Of a DNA stretch of 64,000 bases, positions 44,798 to 64,000 are shown piece by piece. Under the pieces are notes generated by a model, which made no database searches, was not told where the DNA came from, and saw only the letters and a list, made by a program, of their open reading frames with translations. The stretch lies in the NCBI RefSeq assembly GCF_009914755.1, contig NC_060925.1, one strand, 5' to 3'. The stretch is from the human T2T-CHM13v2.0 reference genome, Homo sapiens. Numbering within the stretch: the stretch's first letter is position 1; the number at the start of each line of letters is the position of its first letter. The position numbers and the translations under genes are program-made.

Positions 44798-45549
44798 ATA
44801 TACAGAAAATAATTAGAACAAGAGCTGACCCAGAGTGAGTGCTCAAAGCTATTAGCTACCTTTGACAGCATTGCCACCATCATTACTATCATTATTTGGA
44901 GCGTCCACATCTTATTACTTTATCGTAAATAGATGTGGAAGACAATTTTATACAATACATCCATTTTTATTTACTTCTTAAGCATCTGGAAGAATGACCA
45001 AATGACCAGGAAATTGACAGGAACATTGAAGCCACCAAGCATGTGAAGTAATTTTTTCTTTAACCTTACTTTTGTGGCTCAACAGTGTTTTCAGACATTT
45101 CTCTTCATTTTATGAAAGTGCCTTTTTTCTCCTGTTTTTCCATATTTATTAAAAATACTTATATAGTATATAGCAGTACAGATGAAAATAGAAAAGAACA
45201 CATTTTGGCAAAATTATGCATTTTTAAAGCTGACAGTTATTTTAGTTATAGCATTATATCCATTTCAGTTCTATTCTCCTAGTTCTCTGAATCTCTACCA
45301 TATTTAGAGCAATTTTGGAAGTCAGAGAGCTCTAAGGAACTAATAGGAGCTTTTGTTTCATACAGGAAATGTTCTGAAAATGTAAGTATTTATTACTTTT
45401 AAAAGTGCTTATGTCAAATTATTGTTAGTTTGAACTGTTAAGAAATATTTGCTCCAAGAAATTCTTGGCTATATGGAAATCTTATAAAAGCATATCATTT
45501 GTTCTATTGTTACTATTAATATTTGTGAATACTATTTTTTCTTCTATAG

Positions 45550-45657
45550 GACAAGGTGCAACGCTGGTTGATAGAGGAGATAATACATATGGAGGAAAGT
45601 GGGTCATAAATCCTAGTGGTGGACTGATTTCAAAGGGACACCCACTAGGCGCTACAG
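45550..45657 (+). CDS. SCP2: SCP2/SCPx exon 11 (108 nt, phase 1-1): [35 protein letters not shown](G)
   Basis: ttctatag|GACAA ... GCTACAG|gtaatg; thiolase [13 protein letters not shown] motif. Confidence 0.98.
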
Positions 45658-46101
45658 GTAATGCTACATACAGATTTCATACATTTTAAAATCATTTTTT
45701 CCTTAAGTGTGAATGAGTTAGTCTTTCATTTGAATGAAAGATTATATTCTCTGAACTTGGTAGCTGGTGCTTTAAATGATTGTTTAGCTTCAATATTTTT
45801 GATGTTCCATTAAGTAGAGCACACTTAAATAATCTTCATTAATTGATGAGAATTTGAATTAATTAAAACTAAATTCAGGATGTTTCCAAATAGAGATCTT
45901 ACTAGACCTGCTAAATAAGAATCATTTGAAATGAGCATGTTATTTATATGTAGTTGTATACATGGTTGACATTGCATGGAAATTATTTTCTCTTGAGACA
46001 ACTGGACTAGAATTTATAAAGTAAGAATTTTACTATGGCTCTGCTGTTGACTGGCTGGCCGTGTGAAACTATTTTTATCAGTCAATCACTTTAACTTTTA
46101 A

Positions 46102-49219
<3,118 letters not shown>

Positions 49220-49291
49220 AAACCTCTTGTTTTTATCACAGTATGAAAAATAATTTTTAACCATTTTTGGAAAAGAATGTTCTTTAATTTG

Positions 49292-51502
<2,211 letters not shown>

Positions 51503-52083
51503 TGTTCTTTAATTTGTAAAGAAAATTTGTTTTCTAGCGTGACACCCTCAAGGTACCGTATCTGTATGTAAATGTTGTGCCCAATGCTACACAGACATTA
51601 TTTTAAAACTATTTTCTGCCTTTGGTAAATAGACTAAACTGTTTTCTTTATTCCTCAAAAGAATTAGATCATACTTCAGTGTTGATTTTGTTGCTAATGG
51701 GACATGGAGATGTCTGGATGATAATAAATATTCCTGTGGTATGGTCACTGAAGCCTTTAAGAGTTATGCTGTAGTTTGTGTGTAAAGAAGTGACTTAAAT
51801 CCTCCTTTCAGACAGCTTCCTTACGCATATAGGAAACCTCTGTTTCATTAGGAGATGAATATGATATTTCATTTTAGTTGTTCTTGTTGACATACAACTT
51901 TTTTCTCTTCTGAAATAGCATGTTTTTATTATAATTTGCTTGATTGCCATTATTAGATATTTTTGTCATGCCATCCACTGAAATACTCAGAAATCATGCT
52001 TTATAGTAACAATATAATTTTTCATATCTATATTTGTTATTAAAATTTAGATCTAATTTTTATACAATAAAATGCACAGTTCT

Positions 52084-54560
<2,477 letters not shown>

Positions 54561-54575
54561 AAAATGCACAGTTCT

Positions 54576-56380
<1,805 letters not shown>

Positions 56381-57328
56381 ATCTGTTTTTCTTCCCTGGG
56401 TACTGAACAGGTAACCTAAAACACCCCAGGAAGATAGAATTTACTCAATTTTTAAATATTCAAAGAGAGACTCGCATTCAAAGAGATACCTCAGGAAATC
56501 TGCAGTATCCTTTGATAACCCTTTCTAACATTTGAGTCTACACTGTTGGTAAATTTTTCCTTTTATCATTAATCTTTGAGATATTATGTCTAGTGATGGT
56601 ATAGCATTTTTTGGGAAAAAAATTATGAATCTTGATGACTTGAGTGGTAGTCTGAATAGGGATGAGGAATTATTGAAAAGTAAATGTTTCCTTGCTACAT
56701 ATTGAGGATTTGGATATACTTCGAGGAAATCTGGCACATGGCCATTAGCTGTAATGTGCCCCAAGACAGAATTCAGACTTATTGAATTTATATCACAATG
56801 ACAGTTATGAGTAGCTTAAACATTTTTTCTCTAGTTACTTGGATAACAAACTGCAATAGAATTCTAAGAGATTCAGAAAATGGTCAAGCGAAGTTCCAAA
56901 ATATGTTAAGACTAGTGATGAGGGTGTAAGATTCTCTTCTGTAAATGGTGTTAATTTAATTGTAAGGCAGTGCTACTTTGGTTGGGAACTCAGTATTGGG
57001 GAATTAGCTTTAAAAATTAAAGCTTCATGATACTGGTTTCTGATTTTGTTTAGATCTGGATGAAAGTTTCTACCTGCCATAACAGTATCAATAGTAAAAG
57101 AAAATTGTAGTTTTCAGCATTTGAATTGAGTATTCTTTTGTTCATTGTTAGTTTAAAAACATTAATTCCTTTTAGATTTCCATTCAGGAAAATTACATTA
57201 AACTTGAACTTTTTTTGATTACTTTGCAGTGATCGTATGACAAAAAACACATTAGTGTTCAGGTAATAATGTCATATTTTATTCCAGTTTTCAAAGTGCT
57301 TTTACATATACTATCCAACACTTACTGA

Positions 57329-58503
<1,175 letters not shown>

Positions 58504-59422
58504 TTACATATGTTCTCTCTCTCTATATGTATGTTCCTGTCCTACCCTTAGACATTTTCTTGGGTCTGGGTTGGTCCTAAACAATTTATATTTTTTTAAA
58601 GTTCCGCCAGAGCTTCTCATGCATAGCCAGATTTGAGGGCTAGGGTTAGGATATACAAGGTAACTACTAGTCTCAGGAAGTGTATAAGAGGCAGATAATA
58701 CAAGAACACAAATACTTATATATTTAAATAAGTAATTATAATACAAGGCAGAATGTGCTGTAGAAGAAGTACAAAGCAGAAGTATGAAGAGGAGAAAAAG
58801 GGAAAGGAGGATGGCAGGGTCATGAAGATTTGCTAAATCCCATCACATGCCTGGTGTTTTGCCAGCATTTCTATCTACTTGAGTTTTGGGGAAGGAGATG
58901 CACAAAGAGGAAGCATGTTTAAACCAAACTGTTTGCTTTTACCAAACAGGTTTAATTCCTTCTTGCCTATACAAACTCTACCTTTGTTATTTTCTCAATA
59001 ATAATACACTGTTCTAAGTATACTTCATGTACAAGTGCATTCAATTTTCATATCGATTTTTCTCTTTTACAAAAGAAGAAAATAGAGGCATGGAGAGTTT
59101 AAATGATTTGCATGAAGTCATCAAGCTAGAGAGTGGCAAAGCTAAGATTCAAACACAGGCTATGTATTCCTAGCGTCCAGGGTCTTAACCATTATACTGT
59201 TCTTCAGTGTCCTTTCCTCACTGGAAACGCCCATCTTCAAGTGCTCTCTCAAATGCTATCCACCTTATGAAGCTTTTCCTGTTTCACTGATTCTTTCCAT
59301 AGATTGAATTAATCTTTCCCTTTTCTGAACTCCTATACTTTCTCAGTACTTTTCTTTTGACATTTATGCTCATAGTATATATTATCATTATTTATAGGCT
59401 TTAAAAAAATCTTCCCTATTTA

Positions 59423-59751
<329 letters not shown>

Positions 59752-60734
59752 CTATTTAAGAGCCTATGAAGTCAGGATTCATATTTCATTTGTCTCTCTA
59801 CCTTGAACAGTGTGCAATACATTGCATATTTAAAGGGATAGTTGAATATATTATTGCTCCTTTAACATCTAGAACGTGGCATGGAGCAAAGGGAATACAT
59901 TTGTTTAATGTGGGAAGAATTAGGATCATTAGGAAGAATTCATTGGAAGTTATATTTTGGCCGGATACAAGAGAACTTTCTAACATGGCTTCTCAAAAAT
60001 GGAATAGGTTGCCTCCTGAGAGCATGCATTTACCTGTCAGAGAGGCTGTGCACAAAAAATACATGTAACAACTTGATAGGAATGTTGTAAGGAGAATTTT
60101 GCCCATCTGTTGGGCCTTAGATTTGATGAATTCATAGATCCTTTTCAATTCTATTATAAGATGCTCTGATCTCCTGTGCGAAGTAATTATTTCTTTTTCT
60201 GCATTCACATAGTTCTTGATGTTTCTAATGACACGTATATTATTATTCTATCCTGTGATTTTTGTTTACATGTTTCAGTACTTTTAAAGGCATTATAAAC
60301 TTCTTAGGTCTTAAGAATTTGGGTGAAAATGATGTGAGAAGAAGTGGAATTTTAACCAAGGGACCGAGCATTTTCAAATCAAACCATGGCTTATCTCGTC
60401 TACTCTGTAAGAGGTTGCCAAAATAAATCCTAGGACGATGACTGGTAAGGCCTAAATCCAATATAAACTCTTAAAAAGCCAGCAAGTCAGTAAGAGCTAA
60501 TTAGCTTTTCACCAAAATTTCTTTTTTACCTTTCATCATATCCTCCAGGCCACCCATCCTTGTTTCCATTGCCCAGAGTTTTGCATTTTTACCACTGCAA
60601 TGTGAGGAGAGGTAAATTTTATCATTAAACTCTATCTGTGCCAGGACAAATGGAGCCCAGGAGATGGTGTCTACTCTAGATACCTGTTGCTAGCTAGAGA
60701 TAACTAGGAGAAAGCCCTGAATTTCTGTTTCTAT

Positions 60735-61346
60735 TTCTTTTCTTTTTTTATTTTTGAAACCAGGATTTCGCTCTGTTGCTCTGGCTGGAGTGCAGTGGCA
60801 TGATCATGGCTCATTGTAGCCTCGATTTCTTGGGCTCAAATGATTCTACTATCTCAGTCTCCCAAGTAGTTGGGACTGCAGGCACGCACCTTCATACCTG
60901 GCTAATTTTTTACATTTTTGGTAGAGACGGGCTTTCGCCATGTTGCTTAGGCTGGTCTCGAACTCCTGGGATAAAGCAATCTGCCCATGTTGGCTTTCCA
61001 AAGTGCTGAGATTATAGGCATGAGCCATCATGCCTTCTTTTTCTTTTTTTGAGATAGAGTCTTCCTCTGTTGCCCAGGCTGAAGTGCAGTGCAAACATGG
61101 TGCAAACATGCTTACTGCAGTCTCTACTTCCTGGGCTCAAGTGATCCTCCCGCCTCAGTCTCCCAAGTAGCTGGGACCACAGGTGCACACCATCATGCCC
61201 AGCTAATTTTATTTTATTTTTTCTTTTGTAGAGATGGGGTCTCCCTATGCTTCCCAGGCTGGTCTCAAACTCCTGGGCTCAAGTGGTCCTCTCTCCTTGG
61301 CCTCCCCAAAAGCTGGGATTACAGGCGTGAGTCACCACACCCAGCC
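60735..61346 (-). mobile_element. Two antisense AluJ
   Basis: Alu consensus. Confidence 0.82.
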
Positions 61347-61356
61347 CCTTTTTCTT

Positions 61357-61849
61357 TCTTCACAATTTCACGGATAGAAAATTCATTGTTACTGTAGATC
61401 TTAGCAACCTCAGCATGCCATTTTTTTCCCTTAAAGTTGGGAACTTCCACCTTTTCATTTAAAGGAAGCACTTGTATGCACATCTGAATCGCCACTTCAC
61501 TCCTCTTGCGCTTTGGGGCCATCATTAAGTAAACTAAGGATGACTTGAACACGAGCAGTACCCATCACAGTACCCATCACAGTCATTCTAATAACAAAGA
61601 TAGCTACTAACTGACTAACGGGTGGGTGGGATGTACCACTTGGATATGCTGGGCAAAGGGATGATTCACATCCCAGGTGGGGTGGAGCTGAATGGTGCGA
61701 GATTTTATCATGCTACTCAGAACAGCATGCAACTTAAAACTTATGAATTGTTTATTTCTGGCATTTTCTATTCAATATTTTTAGACTGTAATCGACTGAG
61801 GGTAACTGAAACTGTGGAAAGTGAAACCATGGATGTGAGGGCACTACTG
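61357..61849. mobile_element. MER44/Tigger7-derived DNA transposon fragment
   Basis: Minus-strand [34 protein letters not shown], a Tigger transposase N-terminal relic; ends GAAACCATGGAT..ACTACTG|TA. Confidence 0.8.
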
Positions 61850-61895
61850 TATTTTACTTTTTTTTGAAATATATTTTACATGTGATAGATAATTT

Positions 61896-62177
61896 TGTCA
61901 GGCCTCTGAGCCCCAGCTAAGCCATCATATCCCCTGTGACCTGCACGTATACATCCAGATGGCCTGAAGCAACTGAAGATCCACAAAAGAAGTGAAAATA
62001 GTCAGTTCCTGCCTTAACTGATGACATGCCACCATTGTGATCTGTTCCTGCCCCACTCTAACTGATCAATTGACTTTGTGACAATACATCCTCCCCACCC
62101 TTGCGATAATGTATTTTGTGATATTCACCGCCCTTGTGAATGTACTTTGTAGGGTATACCCTCCCTGCCTTTAAGAA
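61896..62177 (+). mobile_element. 5' part of an LTR7 (HERV-H LTR), interrupted by L1
   Basis: TGTCAGGCCTCTGAGCCC.AGCTAAGCCATCATATCCCCTGTGACCTGCACGTATACATCCAGATGGCCTGAAG. Confidence 0.92.
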
Positions 62178-64000
62178 GGTTCCAAGATGGCCAAATAGGA
62201 GCAGCTCCAGTCTACAGCTCCCAGCGTGAGTGACGCAGAAGATGGGTGATTTCTGCATTTCCAACTGAGGTACCAGGTTCATCTCACTGGGGCTTGTCGG
62301 ACAGTGGGTGCAGTCCACGGAGTATGAGCTGAAGCAGGGCAGGGCATTGCCTCACCCGGGAAGTGCAAGAGGTTGGGGAATTCCCTTTCCTAGCCAAGGG
62401 AAGCCGTGACAGATGGTACCTGGAAAATTGGGACACTCCCACCCTAATACTGCGCTTTTCCAATGGTCTTAGCAAATGGCACACCAGGAGATTATATCCC
62501 ATGCCTGGCTTGGAGGGTCCCACACCCATGGAGCCTCGCTTGCTGCTAGCACAGCAGTCTGAGATTAAACTGCAAGGTGACAGCGAGGCTTGGGGAGGGG
62601 CATCCGCCTTTGCTGAGGCTTGAGTAGGTAAACAAAGTGGCTGGGAAGCTTGAACTGGGTGGAGCCCATCGCAGCTCAACGAGGCCCGCCTGCCTCTGTA
62701 GACTCCACTTCTTGGGGCAGGGCATAGCTGAACAAAAGGCAGCAGAAACTTCTGCAGACTTAAACGTCCCTGTCTGACAGCTTTGAAGAGAGTAATGGTT
62801 CTCCCAGCATGGAGTTTGAGATCTGAGAATGAACAGATTGCCTTAAGTGGGTCCCTGACCCCCGAGTAGCCTAACTGGGAGACACCTCCCAGTAGGGGCT
62901 GACCAACACCTCATACAGCCGGGTGTCCCTCTGAGATGAAGCATCCAAGGGAAGGATCAGGCAGCAACATTTGCTGTTCTGCAATATTTGGTGTTCTGCA
63001 GTCTCCGCTGGTGATACCCAGGCAAACAGGGTCTGGAGTGGACCTCCAGCAAACTCCAACAGACCTGCAGCTGAGGGTCCTGACTGTTAGAAGGAAAATT
63101 AACAAACAGAAAGGACATTCACACCAAAACCCCATCTGTACGTCACCATCATCAAAGACCAAAGGTAGATAAATCCACAAAGATGAGGAGAAACTAGAGC
63201 AGAAAAGCTGAAAATTCTAAAAATCAGAGTGCCTCTTCCCTCCAAAGGAGCACAGCTCCTCACCAGCAATGGAACAAATTTGGACGCAGAGTGACTTTGA
63301 TGAGTTGAGAGAAGAAGGCTTCAGATGATCGGTAATAACAAACTTCTCTGAGCTAAAGGAGGATGTTCAAACCCATCGCAAAGAAGCTAAAAACCTTGAA
63401 AAAAAGATTAGACGAATGGCTAATTAGAATAAACAGCATAGAGAAGACCTTAAATGACCTGATGGAGCTGAAAACCATGGCACAAGAACTATGTGACACA
63501 TGCCAAAGCTTCAGTAGCCGATTTGATCAAGTGGAAGAAAGGGTATCAGTGATTGAAGATCAAATGAATGAAATGAAGTGAGAAGAGAAGTTCAGAGAAA
63601 AAAGAATAAAAAGAAATGAACAAAGCCTCCAAGAAATATGGGACTATGTGAAAAGACCAAATCTACGTCTGACTGGTGTACCTGAAAGTGAGGGGGAGAA
63701 TGGAACCAAGTTGGAAAACACTCTTCAGGATATTATCCAGGAGAACTTCCCCAACCTAGCAAGGCAGGCCAACATTCAAATTCAGGAAATACATAGAACG
63801 CCACAAAGATACTCCTCGAGAAGAGCAACTCCAAGACACGTAATTGTCAGATTCACTAAAGTTGAAATGAAGGAAAAAATATTAAGGGCAGCCACAGAGA
63901 AAGGTCGGGTTACCCACAAAGGGAAGCCCAACAGACTAACAGCGGATCTCTCGGCAGAAACTCTACAAGCCAGAAGAGAGTGGGGGCCAATATTCAACAT
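62178..64000 (+). mobile_element. 5'-intact L1PA (probably PA5-PA7): about 1-kb 5'UTR plus a disabled ORF1; continues beyond the window
   Basis: GGTTCCAAGATGGCC start with YY1 motif at 62183-62192; ORF1 ATG at 63183, TAG at codon 5 (63195-63197) and further stops; ORF1p QEIWDYVKRPNLRL..IIQENFPNL. Confidence 0.93.

Overview
Primate, almost certainly human, genomic DNA with no prokaryotic features. The window covers intron 2 to intron 11 of SCP2 (sterol carrier protein X, the peroxisomal SCP2-thiolase) on the + strand. Nine GT-AG coding exons (3-11) splice in frame to give about residues 43-361, including the C94, HDCF and GHP thiolase motifs. The introns are very repeat-dense: dozens of Alus, old L1M/L2 fragments, DNA transposons, solo LTRs, and a 5'-intact L1PA inserted in an LTR7. 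They also hold four processed retrocopies: H3.3 (H3-3A), a roughly 90-bp KRT8 3'-end fragment, RRAS2 and TUBB. The most notable structure is the young antisense RRAS2 retrocopy in intron 11. Its target-site duplication shows it copied a non-canonical RRAS2 RNA with a 279-nt, partly L1-like leader instead of exon 1, leaving an open 185-aa Ras ORF without a P-loop. Its antisense strand also offers SCP2 a splice acceptor and an alternative terminal exon (...GATG-GHSCS*). Gene, pseudogene and repeat names come from recalled sequences, not database searches. Repeat boundaries without a TSD are approximate.
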